Below the pieces are notes generated by a model. It saw nothing but the letters and a program-made list of their open reading frames with translations. It was not told the origin of the DNA and searched no databases. 64,000 nucleotides of DNA from Treponemataceae bacterium (GTDB lineage Bacteria > Spirochaetota > Spirochaetia > Treponematales > Rectinemataceae). Location: NCBI GenBank assembly GCA_963678065.2, contig CAXXVZ010000003.1, positions 1,728,001 through 1,792,000 of the forward strand. The letters are read 5' to 3'. The position numbers and the translations under genes were made by a program. Of this stretch, positions 19,428-29,535 are shown one piece after another; positions within the stretch are counted from its first letter, which is position 1, and the number at the start of each line of letters is the position of its first letter.

Positions 19428-19472
19428 AAAAGGGGGCTACCTTGGATACTGTCCAAGACAGCCCCCTTTTTT
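19428..19472. terminator. Likely bidirectional intrinsic terminator
   Basis: AAAAGGGGGCT...AGCCCCCTTTTTT hairpin just past the yjfF stop. Confidence 0.8.
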
Positions 19473-19495
19473 CGAGATCAGGTTGTAACTGCGCG

Positions 19496-20494
19496 CTATT
19501 TGGTTTCGGTTTCCTTGCCACCTATCTTCCTTTTCTGGGTTTCGAACACCCGCTGGAAGAGGCAGAAGATAAAGACCAGGAAGCCCACGGCGATGCGCGT
19601 CCACCAGGAATTGAGGGTGCCCTGGAAGACGATCAGTACCTGGATCGTGCCGTAGACAAGAACCCCGAACACCGTCCCAAGGACGCTCCCCACGCCGCCG
19701 GTGAGGAGGGTGCCACCGATGACCACGGTGGCGATCGCGTCCATCTCCATGTTGGCGCCGTTCAGCGCATAGCCCGAAAGCGTGTAGAAGGTAAACACGA
19801 TGCCGGCGAGAGCCGAGCAAAACCCCGAAAAGCCGTAGATGGCTATCTTAGTCCGCGCGACGGGGAGGCCCATGAGGAGGGCGGACTGCTCATTCCCTCC
19901 GATAGCGTAGACGGTCCGTCCGAATTTCGTGGATCGCGATATGAACATGCCTACCAGGACGATGGCGAGGGCTATGACGACGCTTGGCGAAATGAAGCTG
20001 TTCCCAATGATGTTGATCTGCGCATGAGCTATGTCCTGCCAGAAGGGATTGGTTATCCCTATCGTGTCGATGCTGATCACATAGCAGAGCCCCCTCGCGA
20101 GGTAGAGGCCGGCGAGGGTGATGATGAAGGGTGGCAGCTCGAAGGTCTGGATGATGAAGCCCATCGCGAGGCCTAGGCTCATGCCCGCCAGAAGGACGAC
20201 AGGGATCACGAAGAGGGGATCCCAATGCGACCTTTCAAGGAGGCTCGAAGCCAGCATCGTCGAGAAGGCCAGGACGGAGCCAACCGAGAGGTCTATGCCT
20301 CCCGAGATGATGACAAAGGTCATTCCCACGCCGAGGATGAGGAGGTAGGAATTGTCGATGAAGAGGTTGAGGAAGTTCTGGGAAGAGAGGAAGCCCCTGA
20401 AGGATACCGATCCGATCCCGAACATGAGAACGAAGAGGCCGACGGTGACAAAGGTAGGGAAATTCCTGGGGTCGATGGCGCGTGGCTTTTTCAT
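19496..20494 (-). CDS. yjfF: Galactofuranose-type sugar ABC permease
   Basis: GGIDLSVGS, FGRTVYAIGGN, NSWWTRI motifs; operon order. Confidence 0.8.
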   Translation of the reverse strand: MKKPRAIDPRNFPTFVTVGLFVLMFGIGSVSFRGFLSSQNFLNLFIDNSYLLILGVGMTFVIISGGIDLSVGSVLAFSTMLASSLLERSHWDPLFVIPVVLLAGMSLGLAMGFIIQTFELPPFIITLAGLYLARGLCYVISIDTIGITNPFWQDIAHAQINIIGNSFISPSVVIALAIVLVGMFISRSTKFGRTVYAIGGNEQSALLMGLPVARTKIAIYGFSGFCSALAGIVFTFYTLSGYALNGANMEMDAIATVVIGGTLLTGGVGSVLGTVFGVLVYGTIQVLIVFQGTLNSWWTRIAVGFLVFIFCLFQRVFETQKRKIGGKETETK

Positions 20495-21519
20495 GCTGAA
20501 AGCTCCCTTTTCCCGAACAGGCCTGCTATCATTGAGCGGAACTTGATCGATTGGAGGAGACTCACCACGAGGACGACCAAGGCGATGACCACCTTCGCGA
20601 TCTCCGGCGGGACACCGAAGGCGTAGATGGTCGTCGTTAAGGTCTGGACGATCAGGGCGCCGACCATGGAACCCATCAGGTAAAATTTCCCGCCGTTAAG
20701 CGACGTGCCGCCAAGGACGACGGCGAGTATGGCGCTCATCTCGTAGCCGAGGCCGGCGTTGTTCCCGTCGGCGCTCATGACGGTCGAGCAGACCACAAGG
20801 CCGGCGATTCCCGCGCAGAGCCCAGAGAAGGCGTAAATCCAGAAGATAATGTTCCTGGCGTTGATGCCCGAAAAACGCGCCGCCGTCGGGTTGATGCCCA
20901 CGGCTTCGATGAACATCCCGAGGGCTGTCCGCCGTGTAACCAACGCCGTTAGCAGAATAACGAAACCTACTATGAAGATCGAGAAGGGCAGGCCGAGGAA
21001 ATAGCCCTGACCCAGAAGGGCGAAGGGCTTGATATAGAGCCAGACGATCATCGCGTTGGTCGTGACCATGGCGATGCCCCTCCCTGCCACCGAGAGGATG
21101 AGTGTGGCGATGATAGGCTGCATGCCCACCCGCGAGACGAGCATGCCATTCCACATCCCCGCCACTACCGATACGACGAGGGCGGCTACCATCGCGTAAG
21201 GTATGGGATATTTAGGGACTCCCTTCAGGTCACCTCCAAGTAGCATGGCGACGACTCCCGCCGAGATCGCAACGATGGATCCAACGGAGATGTCGATCCC
21301 CTTCGTCGCAATGACGAGGGTCAGGCCGATCGCCAGCAGCATGATCGGGGCGGCATTCTTGATGATGTCGATCACGTTCCCGTAGAGGTGACCTTCCTTG
21401 ATCTCCACACGGAAGAAATGAGGCGTGAAGAAGAGGTTGAATGCCATGAGGACGGCGAGGGCCACGAGTGGCCAGATAATTTTCTTGTTTGTGATGCGTC
21501 TCCACCAGCCCATGTTCAT
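20491..21519 (-). CDS. ytfT: Sugar ABC permease
   Basis: GHLYG..IDI, GIDISVG, ADGNNAG; start overlaps the upstream stop (ATGA). Confidence 0.8.
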   Translation of the reverse strand: MNMGWWRRITNKKIIWPLVALAVLMAFNLFFTPHFFRVEIKEGHLYGNVIDIIKNAAPIMLLAIGLTLVIATKGIDISVGSIVAISAGVVAMLLGGDLKGVPKYPIPYAMVAALVVSVVAGMWNGMLVSRVGMQPIIATLILSVAGRGIAMVTTNAMIVWLYIKPFALLGQGYFLGLPFSIFIVGFVILLTALVTRRTALGMFIEAVGINPTAARFSGINARNIIFWIYAFSGLCAGIAGLVVCSTVMSADGNNAGLGYEMSAILAVVLGGTSLNGGKFYLMGSMVGALIVQTLTTTIYAFGVPPEIAKVVIALVVLVVSLLQSIKFRSMIAGLFGKRELSA

Positions 21520-23036
21520 TTGCCTCCCGCGATGGTCTGCAAGATACCGCTCTCCGTCATTTCGGCTCCACTGAGCTCGGCTATCTTCACCTTGTCCTTG
21601 AGGACGGCGATCCTGTTGCTGCAGCGGATGACCTCCTCGAATTCCGATGATATGAAGAGCACGCTCAAGCCCTTCCTTGAGAGATTGAGAATCTGCTCCA
21701 TGATCTCGAGCTTGGCGCCGACGTCGATGCCGCGGGTCGGTTCGTCCAGGATGAGGATAATGGGGTCGGTGGCGAGCCATCTGGCCAGCATGACCTTCTG
21801 CTGATTGCCGCCCGAAAGCTGCCTGACCTCGTAGTTGGCGTTCGGTGTCTTGACTCCGAGGGAGGCGATCAACTCGTCGGCTATCTCCAACTGCTTCTTC
21901 TTCGAAAGGTAGCGGAATGTCCCCCGCTTTGCCTGGAGGGCCAGGATGATGTTCTCGCGGATCGAGAGCTCAGAGAAGACGCCCTCGTTCTTGCGGTCCT
22001 CGGAGCAGAAGCCAATGCCCGCCATCATCGCGTTCCGGGGGGAGCCGATGCTGGTTTTCTTGCCCTCGATGAACAGCTCTCCCTGGTCGGCGCTGCTGAT
22101 GCCGAAGATCAAGCGCGCCATCTCCGTCCTTCCGGAGCCCAGGAGACCCGCCAAGCCGAGGACCTCGCCCGAGTCCAGCTTGAGGTCGAAGGGCGCGATG
22201 GAGCCCTGGAGACCCAGTCCCTCCACGCGGAGGACGGCTTCCTTCCCGGCCTTGGCCGCCGTCTTCCGGACGGCGCCAGCGTCGGCCGTGTACTTGAAAT
22301 CGGTAAGCTCCTTGCCGAGCATCTTGGTGATGAGGTCCAGCTTGGGAAGCTTGTCGGCCATGTACTCTCCCACGAAGGTGCCGTTCTTCAGGATCGTGAT
22401 CCTGTCGGATATCTCGTAGGTTTGGTCGAGGAAGTGGGTTATGAAGAGGATGGCTAAGCCTTCGTCCCGCAGTTTCCTGATGACCTTGAAGAGCTGCTCC
22501 ACCTCGGTGTCGTCGAGACTCGAGGTCGGCTCGTCGAGGATGAGGACCTTGGCCGAGGAATCGAGGACGCGGGCGATGGCGACCATCTGCTGGATCGCGA
22601 TGGAATAAGAGGCGAGTGTCCGCGTCACGTCGATCCGGATATTGAGCCTGGACAGGACCTCCTCGGCCCCTCGGTTGATGGCTTTCCAGTCTATCCGGCC
22701 CAGCTTCTTAGGCTCCTTGCCTATGAAGATGTTCTCTGCCACCGACAGATTGAGGCAAAGGTTGACCTCCTGATAGACGGTGTTGATGCCCAGCTTCTGG
22801 GCGGCGAGCGGGGAATCGGGCCGGATGGGCTTTCCCTCGAGCAGCATCTCGCCTGAATCCTGCTTGTAGACTCCGGTGAGCACCTTGACGAGGGTGGACT
22901 TGCCCGCCCCGTTCTGCCCCATAATGGCATGGACCTCGCCTCGGAAAAGGCGGAAATCCACGTCAGCGAGGGCCTGCACTCCAGGGAAGCCCTTGCTGAT
23001 CTTCTTCATCTCGATGATAGGAGCCCTGTCGGACAT
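21516..23036 (-). CDS. ytfR: Sugar ABC ATPase with two ABC domains
   Basis: GQNGAGKST, LSGGNQQK, LDEPTRGIDVGAK. Confidence 0.85.
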   Translation of the reverse strand: MSDRAPIIEMKKISKGFPGVQALADVDFRLFRGEVHAIMGQNGAGKSTLVKVLTGVYKQDSGEMLLEGKPIRPDSPLAAQKLGINTVYQEVNLCLNLSVAENIFIGKEPKKLGRIDWKAINRGAEEVLSRLNIRIDVTRTLASYSIAIQQMVAIARVLDSSAKVLILDEPTSSLDDTEVEQLFKVIRKLRDEGLAILFITHFLDQTYEISDRITILKNGTFVGEYMADKLPKLDLITKMLGKELTDFKYTADAGAVRKTAAKAGKEAVLRVEGLGLQGSIAPFDLKLDSGEVLGLAGLLGSGRTEMARLIFGISSADQGELFIEGKKTSIGSPRNAMMAGIGFCSEDRKNEGVFSELSIRENIILALQAKRGTFRYLSKKKQLEIADELIASLGVKTPNANYEVRQLSGGNQQKVMLARWLATDPIILILDEPTRGIDVGAKLEIMEQILNLSRKGLSVLFISSEFEEVIRCSNRIAVLKDKVKIAELSGAEMTESGILQTIAGGK

Positions 23037-23078
23037 TCCCACGCCTCCCGCGAACATTGATTGGCTTGTTTGAGTATC

Positions 23079-23115
23079 GATCAAGACCACCCCGTTTACC
23101 GGGGTGGTCTTGATC
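23079..23115. terminator. Perfect 16-bp stem hairpin between binding-protein and ATPase genes (stabiliser or partial terminator)
   Basis: GATCAAGACCACCCCG-TTTAC-CGGGGTGGTCTTGATC. Confidence 0.7.
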
Positions 23116-23147
23116 TTTTTTTCAATTATAGAACGATTTTGCTTGTA

Positions 23148-24125
23148 CTAGTACTGGCGGGACGGAAGGGCGGCTGCAGCGTTGGTCGCGTCGAAGATGC
23201 CTTCGATCGTCCAGATCCTCGCGGGGAGTTTCTTCCCGTCGCGGAGGTCGGACACGGCCTGGACGGCCTGGGGACCGAGGAGGGGGCTGCACTCGACCGT
23301 GCAGTTCATCTCGCCGGCTACGATTGCCTCGAAAGCGCCTTTTACTGCGTCGACGCCGACGATGATGATGTCCTTGCCCGGCTTGAGTCCGGCTTCCTTG
23401 ATCGCCTGGATGGCGCCGAGAGCCATGCCGTCGTTGTGGGCATAGAGAACCTGGATAGTCTTGTCGGCCTTGAGGAAGGCTTCCATGACGGCCTTGCCCT
23501 CGGAGGTGGTGAAGTTGCCGGTCTGGGAGCGGGTGAGCTGCCAGTTCGAGTGCTGCTTCATGACGGTGGCGAAACCAGTCTTGCGATCGATGGCGGGAGC
23601 CGAGCCGGTCGTACCCTGGAGCTCGACGATGTTGACACTCTTCTTTCCGTCATCAAGACCCTGTTTCTTGAGGTAGTCGGCGAGCCATGTGCCCGCTTTC
23701 TCGCCTTCCTTCACGAAGTCCGAGCCCATGATCGTCAGCCTGAGGGCGCGGTCGGCTTCCTGGACGTCGCGGTCGATCATGATGACGGGGATGCCCGCCT
23801 TCTTGGCTTCCTGGAGCACGGGGCCGTATCCGGTCTCGACGAGGGCGGTGAACACGATGCAGTCAACCTTCCTGGCGATGAAAGAGCGCAGCGCCTTGAT
23901 TTGGTTCTCCTGCTTCTGCTGGGCGTCGGAATAAATCAGGATGAAGCTGTTGTCTTCGTTGAAGGCGTTCTGGACGGAGATCGTATCGGCCGTTCTCCAC
24001 TCGCTCTCGGAGCCGATCTGGGAGAAGCCGACGACCCAGGTTTTCGGAGGCGCGGCAAACACGGACGCGGTGCAGATCATCATGGCTACGGCCAACAGCA
24101 TTAAACCTCTTTTCCAATTCCTCAT
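23148..24125 (-). CDS. ytfQ: Sugar ABC substrate-binding protein (galactofuranose type)
   Basis: VGFSQIGSESEWR, DAQQKQENQIKA, VECSPLLGP. Confidence 0.85.
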   Translation of the reverse strand: MRNWKRGLMLLAVAMMICTASVFAAPPKTWVVGFSQIGSESEWRTADTISVQNAFNEDNSFILIYSDAQQKQENQIKALRSFIARKVDCIVFTALVETGYGPVLQEAKKAGIPVIMIDRDVQEADRALRLTIMGSDFVKEGEKAGTWLADYLKKQGLDDGKKSVNIVELQGTTGSAPAIDRKTGFATVMKQHSNWQLTRSQTGNFTTSEGKAVMEAFLKADKTIQVLYAHNDGMALGAIQAIKEAGLKPGKDIIIVGVDAVKGAFEAIVAGEMNCTVECSPLLGPQAVQAVSDLRDGKKLPARIWTIEGIFDATNAAAALPSRQY

Positions 24126-24285
24126 AGAAAATCCTCCTCTACGTACATTCGCGTCTTTCCGACGCTGAACTTTTCCCCCAGCCTAGGGCTTATTCAGGGG
24201 AACCAAATGACAAAATGCCCACATCCGCCAGCCTCGGGCGGACGCGTTTTACCCTTTTTCACTCCCGGCGGCCTCCTTCTGTACC

Positions 24286-24930
24286 TTACTTCTGGACGTT
24301 CAGGAACTTGTAAAGACTTTTATTGGAAAGAATTTGTTCGATCGAGAAATTCAAGGGACCGATGACATCGGTAACGGCTCCGGAAGCGTTCATGAGGGTG
24401 AGGGTGTTGTTGATCGCTATGATCTTCACTTTCCCGCCCAGGGCGAGGATATCCCCATACTTGATGTCCCGGGACTCGCCCGATTCGCTCCGGTAGATTT
24501 GCCGGCCGAGGTATTTGGTGACGACGAGCTTGTCTTTGAAGCTTGAATCCGGCTTGGTCGCGCTCCCCCTCGGGAAGGCTACGACCCTGGGCTTGCCCTT
24601 GAGAATATCGGCGACCTTGCGCACGAGTTCCCCCTTCTCCGGGCCCTGGAGTTCGTATACCTCGGTCGGTTTGGTCGCGATAACGAATTCCAGCCAGTCC
24701 TGCTCGACGTTGATCTTGATCTCGGCCGTCGTGGGAATGACGTCTCCAGCCTTAGCCACGGTCCATCCCGACCCCCCGGCTTTCCGGAAGCTGACATAGC
24801 CGTCGCTCGTCTCGGAGTAGAGGCCGACGACGGTGACGGAGACCGCCTTGGCGTCGGCGGCGAATGCCGCGGTCGCCAGGAATAGTCCGGCGGCCGCCAG
24901 AATGGATATTCTTTTCAACGATTGTTTCAT
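24286..24930 (-). CDS. Secreted hypothetical protein
   Basis: Signal peptide ending AFA; codon usage typical of the window. Confidence 0.7.
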   Translation of the reverse strand: MKQSLKRISILAAAGLFLATAAFAADAKAVSVTVVGLYSETSDGYVSFRKAGGSGWTVAKAGDVIPTTAEIKINVEQDWLEFVIATKPTEVYELQGPEKGELVRKVADILKGKPRVVAFPRGSATKPDSSFKDKLVVTKYLGRQIYRSESGESRDIKYGDILALGGKVKIIAINNTLTLMNASGAVTDVIGPLNFSIEQILSNKSLYKFLNVQK

Positions 24931-24974
24931 ATTCGCTCCGTTGGCCGGATCATCCGGCTTAGTGGCTCGGCATC

Positions 24975-24992
24975 GGGTGCGTTAACGTACAC
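24975..24992. promoter_or_regulatory. Candidate LacI-family operator
   Basis: GGGTGCGTTAACGTACAC near-palindrome just downstream of the leftward promoter. Confidence 0.55.
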
Positions 24993-25005
24993 GCTCTCGA
25001 GTTCA

Positions 25006-25034
25006 ATCCTATCAGTGGTTCCCGGTTTTGTCAA
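25006..25034 (-). promoter_or_regulatory. Sigma70-type promoter for the hypothetical/ytf genes
   Basis: TTGACA-17-TAGGAT on the minus strand. Confidence 0.6.
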
Positions 25035-25084
25035 ATTTTTTTTGTGGAAATCTTTCCGCCGGGAAGGAAGCCTAGACGCGAGGA

Positions 25085-25114
25085 TTGACATCGAAGAAAA
25101 CAGCCCCCTACAAT
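25085..25114 (+). promoter_or_regulatory. Sigma70-type promoter for the LacI gene
   Basis: TTGACA-18-TACAAT. Confidence 0.6.
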
Positions 25115-25156
25115 CGGGGAAAGTAGAACTGCATCCGAACCGGGAGAAATCGAGAC

Positions 25157-26197
25157 ATGACCCTACGGGAAATCGCTGAAGCCGCCGGCATATCCATCGG
25201 GACCGTCGACCGTGTCCTGCACGACAGAGGGCGGGTATCGGCTTCGACGAAGGCCAAGGTGGAAACCATCATCAGGGATTCGAGCTACAAACCGAACATG
25301 GCGGCCCGACAGCTTAAGTTGAACCGCCCCTACAACTTCGCCTGCCTCATCCCGAGCCTCGGGGAAGACTCGGGCTACTGGAGGATAGTCTATGCCGGGG
25401 TGCAGAAGGCCGCCAGGGAACTGGCCCCCTTCCGCGTCTCCATAAAGAAGATCGAATTCGACCGATACAGCGAATCCTCGTTCCACGAACACATCCAGCA
25501 ATTGTTCTCGGCGGAATTCGACAGCCTCCTCATGGCCCCCGTCCTCCCCGAAGCCTCCATGGCCCTGCTCCACAGGCTGCCGGCCGATTTTCCCGTCATG
25601 TTCTTCGACGCCCAGCTGCCCGGCTACTCCCCAATCTCCCGCATAGGCCAGAACGCCTTCCAAAGCGGCACCCTCGCGGGTCGAATGCTCGACGCCCTCG
25701 CGACACGCAAGGGAACCTACTGTGTTATCAGCACCCACGCCGAGGATTTCCATATCCAGAAGCGGGTCGAGGGCTTCCTTTCGTATTTCGCCTCGATCGG
25801 GGCGAAGCGAAATATCGGCACCTTCCAATGCTTCGACATCGAGCACAAGGAAAAACGGGAGTTCTTCCTCAGGCAACTTCTACGGAAGCATCCCGACGTC
25901 GACGGAATCTTCGTGACGAACGCCTCTGCCCACAGGGTAGCCACCTTCGTCAACGAAGACGCCGACCGCCATATCGCTACCGTCGGCTACGACCTCGTCC
26001 CCGAGAACGCCCGTCAGCTCAAGGCCGGCCTCCTGGACGTCGTCCTATCCCAGCGCCCCGAATACCAAGGATACGAGAGCGTCTACCAGCTCTACTCCCA
26101 CGTCGTCCTCCAGCAGGAAATCGAGAGAGAAATCATCGTCCCGATCGAGATCTTCATGAAGGAAAACCTACCCGTCGAAGTCAGTCCAGCAACCTGA
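25157..26197 (+). CDS. LacI-family transcriptional regulator
   Basis: TLREIAEAAGISIGTVDRVLHDRGRVS HTH plus sugar-binding domain. Confidence 0.9.
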   Translation: MTLREIAEAAGISIGTVDRVLHDRGRVSASTKAKVETIIRDSSYKPNMAARQLKLNRPYNFACLIPSLGEDSGYWRIVYAGVQKAARELAPFRVSIKKIEFDRYSESSFHEHIQQLFSAEFDSLLMAPVLPEASMALLHRLPADFPVMFFDAQLPGYSPISRIGQNAFQSGTLAGRMLDALATRKGTYCVISTHAEDFHIQKRVEGFLSYFASIGAKRNIGTFQCFDIEHKEKREFFLRQLLRKHPDVDGIFVTNASAHRVATFVNEDADRHIATVGYDLVPENARQLKAGLLDVVLSQRPEYQGYESVYQLYSHVVLQQEIEREIIVPIEIFMKENLPVEVSPAT

Positions 26198-26814
26198 TCG
26201 CTTCCCCGGCGAAAGCTTCCCCAAGCCTGGCATGCTCCCCGGGATCCAGATGTATCCCATCGACGTCGCTGGATCGGATCACCGAGCCCGCGTCGAAAAA
26301 AGGGATACCGTTCTGTTCTGCCAATGCTCCTGTCCCTGCCCAGGGTGAGCGATTTCTCGGCCCCTCCCAGGAAGTCCTGGGCGAAGCTCTCCATCCTGCC
26401 GAAGGGCGAGGGCGCCACGGCGGGGACCTTTGGGGCCGCGCCGGCTGGACCCGAACCCGAAATCCGGACGAGGCCGGCGAGACAAGCCACTCCCTTCCCG
26501 ACATCGTAGGAGGAAACGCCGAAGCGGTTCTTGAGGTCGTTCGCCCCCAGGAGGAAGATGACGAGGTCCAGGGGCTTGTGGGTTTCGAGGCAGGGGAGGA
26601 GGTACCTCAAGCCGTTCTTCTCGCCGAAGGGATCGTCCCAGACCGTCGTCCGGCCGTTCTACCCCTCGAGGACAACCTCGAAGGCGCCGGGCTGGGTCGC
26701 CTCCAGGGACGCGGCGAGGACGCTCGTCCAGCGGAGGGCTTTGGGATAACGTCCCGTCGTTCTCGGGTCGTAGCCCCAGGTATTGGAGTCTCCGTAGCAG
26801 AGGATTGTTTTCAT
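26181..26814 (-). pseudogene. SGNH/GDSL arylesterase pseudogene
   Basis: MKTILCYGDSNTWG, EG*NGRTT (TAG at 26661-26659), LGAND, DGIH; frameshift near 26335. Confidence 0.85.
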
Positions 26815-26824
26815 GGTGTCGACC

Positions 26825-27120
26825 TCACTGCAGTTTTCTCAGCCGCAGCTCGATGCCGGGCCCGTTCGCCAAGAGCTTCGAGATGACGCCGGTGTCGGTG
26901 TTCCCGAAGTGGTAGGGATAGAGGATCCTCGGTCGGATGACCCTGACGGCCTCGGCTACCTGCTCGCTCGTCATCGTGTAGGGCAGGTTCATGGGAAGAA
27001 ACGCCAGGTCGACGGAATCGCCCCAGTCCAGGGCTTCGCCAGAGCCCAGCTTTCTCCGGGACGCAGGTGATTCTGAGTTCGCCCCGCCCCGTATCGAAGG
27101 CATCGGTTTCCTTATCTTCG
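26825..27120 (-). pseudogene. Metallo-beta-lactamase-fold hydrolase remnant
   Basis: C-terminal DLAFLPMNLPYTM...LYPYHFG present; no HxHxDH core. Confidence 0.65.
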
Positions 27121-27788
27121 TGGCCTACGGGAATACGATAATGCGCACGCTCGCAGGCACGAGCCTGAGCATCATGCTGAGCATCCTCACCGCCTTCCCC
27201 CTCTCGCGCCGCAGGCTCCGCGGCCGGGGCGGCCTCTCCATGCTTTTCTTCTTCACGATGCTTTTCACCGGTGGCATGATACCGACCTACCTCATCGTCC
27301 AGTCCTACGGCCTCATCGACACGTTCTGGGCCCTCGTCCTGCCTTCGGCCATGAGCGCCTACAACATGTTCATCCTGCGCAACTACTTCAAGTCGATCCC
27401 GGATTCCTTGGAGGAGAGCGCCCACATGGACGGCGCGAACTCCTTCACCGTCCTGTTCAGAATTTTCGTCCCTGTCTCGAAACCGGCCATCGCCGCCGTG
27501 GCCATGTTCTACGGCGTCGCCAGCTGGAACGAGTACATGGACGGCATCCTGTACACGAACAAGCCCCAGCTCGAGATCCTCCAGGTCTACCTGCGCAAGC
27601 TCATCGCCTCGACGGGCACACTGAACTCGCTTTCGGTCGTCGGCAACCTGAGCGCGGCGGCCTCCCTGAGCGAGGAGAGCATGAAGATGGCGACGATCGC
27701 GGTGTCGATCATCCCCATCCTTGTCGTGTACCCCTTCCTCCAGCGCTACTACACGAGGGGAATAACCCTGGGCGCAGTCAAAGAATGA
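27121..27788 (+). pseudogene. 5'-truncated carbohydrate ABC permease (LplC/YtcP-like)
   Basis: GGMIPTY, SLEESAHMDGA (EAA motif), YPFLQRYY..G...GAVKE; N-terminal segment absent. Confidence 0.75.
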
Positions 27789-27801
27789 GAGAAAGTCAAG
27801 A

Positions 27802-28776
27802 ATGCTGAATACATATTTCCACGGTGTCTGCTATGGCAGCCGCATGGGAGTGCATGGCTTCGTGGACCGCATGGAGGAAATGTTCGACTGGCTCCCCGAC
27901 AGGGCGGACCCGACCTGGAAGGACTGCTGGACCGAAGCCTCGGAGATACCGGAGTTCGCCAAACGCAACGGCAGGGAGAGCGGCCTGGGCCGCCTCATGT
28001 TCAACTTCCCCCGCGCCAACATGATCCGCGCCTTCGGACCGGAAAACTGGTGGGAAGCATGGATGGAAATAAACGCGGCCAGGATGCGCCTGTGGGGCAT
28101 CAATACCATCGGCGTCGGCGTAAACAACTACGTCGACGAACGGGTCCAGGATTTCCTCGCAAAGGCGAAAATACCATTCGTCGTGACCCTGAAGAATTTC
28201 CCGCTGACCAAACCCTGTATCTACCGCGACTTTCCCGATGTCTTCAGCCCCGAGTACTCAGGCGGTTCCGAGCGCTTCGCCCGCGAGCAATTGGCTCCCT
28301 ACGCCGGCAATCCTTACATGATCGGCTACTTCATAACCAACGAACCGGAGTGGCTTTTCCAGGACTCGGTCAATCCCGCCGAACGGGTTCTCGCCCACTC
28401 AGGCGAGCTTCACAGCAAGAACGCGCTCATCGACTTTTTGCGCGGCAGATATGCGGACGATATCGGCAACCTCGCCACCGGTCTCGTCTTCTCCCCCAGC
28501 CAGACCGAAAGGACCAAGGCCTGCCTCTTCTACATGGAGCGGGCCATGGCCCACAGCTGCAGCGTGGGGGCCCACTACTTCGAGTGGAACGACCAGCCCG
28601 TACTGGGGCGCTTCGACGGCGAGTGCATGCAGCATGGCCTCATAAGCCTGTGCAACGTTCCTTATCCCGAGCTCACGTCGGCCATGGAAAAGCTGGCGCC
28701 CCGCATGTACAGGATCGTGGCCGGCGAGATCCTTCCCACGACGGAAGAAGGCGAGACAATCGGAAATTATTCGTGA
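27802..28776 (+). pseudogene. Internally deleted GH50 beta-agarase-like glycoside hydrolase
   Basis: RMRLWGINTIG, FPDVF, IGYFITNE, VGAHYFEWNDQP..GRFDGE; only 324 aa. Confidence 0.65.
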
Positions 28777-28880
28777 TAGCCTGATCGCTCCCGGTGACCG
28801 TCCCTTTTCCGCATCTTCTCCGTCCGGCACGCGGGGAAAAGGGGAAGATAAGAAGGTCTGTCCGCAACGGGGAGGATTTA

Positions 28881-29531
28881 GTGGAAACGAATTTTCCTCT
28901 GCTCGATATGGCGCTCAGGGCCGGGCGACTCAACGGCATGATGCCGCGAAAGCTCTCCTTCCCGCGAGGTGAATTCCTCGCCCGACAGAACGGGAGCCTG
29001 CGCGGAGTTCTCTTCCTCGTCGCGGGACTGGTCCGCTCGAGCATCGTCGCCGAGAACGGAAAGGAAGTCCTCATCGCTCTCTCCGGCCGCACAGAGACGA
29101 TCGGCGACGTCGAGTATTTTCTGGGAACAGACATCATCTGCGATGTCAGAGCGCTCGAAGCGACAACCTGCTACCTCTTTTCGTACACCGAACTCGACTC
29201 CCTCATCAGGACGGAGCCAGAGATCGCGAAAGGTCTCGGCCGCATCCTCGCCTCGCGCCTGCAGAAGAACTCCGCGCGCATCGCGACGAGCCACGCCTTC
29301 CCCCTAGCCTACGGCGTCCTGAAAGCTCTCATCGGACGCTTCGATGGCGGGGCGCCCGCGGGACCGATGTCCAAATCAGAGCTGGCTGGCTACGTCGGAG
29401 GATCGGCCCGGCATATGGCGCGCGTCATCAGGAATCTCGAGGAGTCGGGCATCGTCGAGTCGGGAGGCGGAAAAATAATCCGTGTCGACAGAGCGCGCGC
29501 CATCGCGCGGATGGACGAACTCGGGGAGTAA
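28881..29531 (+). CDS. Crp/Fnr-family regulator
   Basis: cNMP-like domain (IGDVE) plus C-terminal HTH; GGAGG then GTG at 28881. Confidence 0.8.
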   Translation: METNFPLLDMALRAGRLNGMMPRKLSFPRGEFLARQNGSLRGVLFLVAGLVRSSIVAENGKEVLIALSGRTETIGDVEYFLGTDIICDVRALEATTCYLFSYTELDSLIRTEPEIAKGLGRILASRLQKNSARIATSHAFPLAYGVLKALIGRFDGGAPAGPMSKSELAGYVGGSARHMARVIRNLEESGIVESGGGKIIRVDRARAIARMDELGE

Positions 29532-29535
29532 TCCT

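Noticed and set aside
26659..26661. Amber recoding (pyrrolysine) in the SGNH gene
   Set aside because: The same gene also has a frameshift and sits among decayed genes; TAG serves as a normal stop elsewhere in the window.
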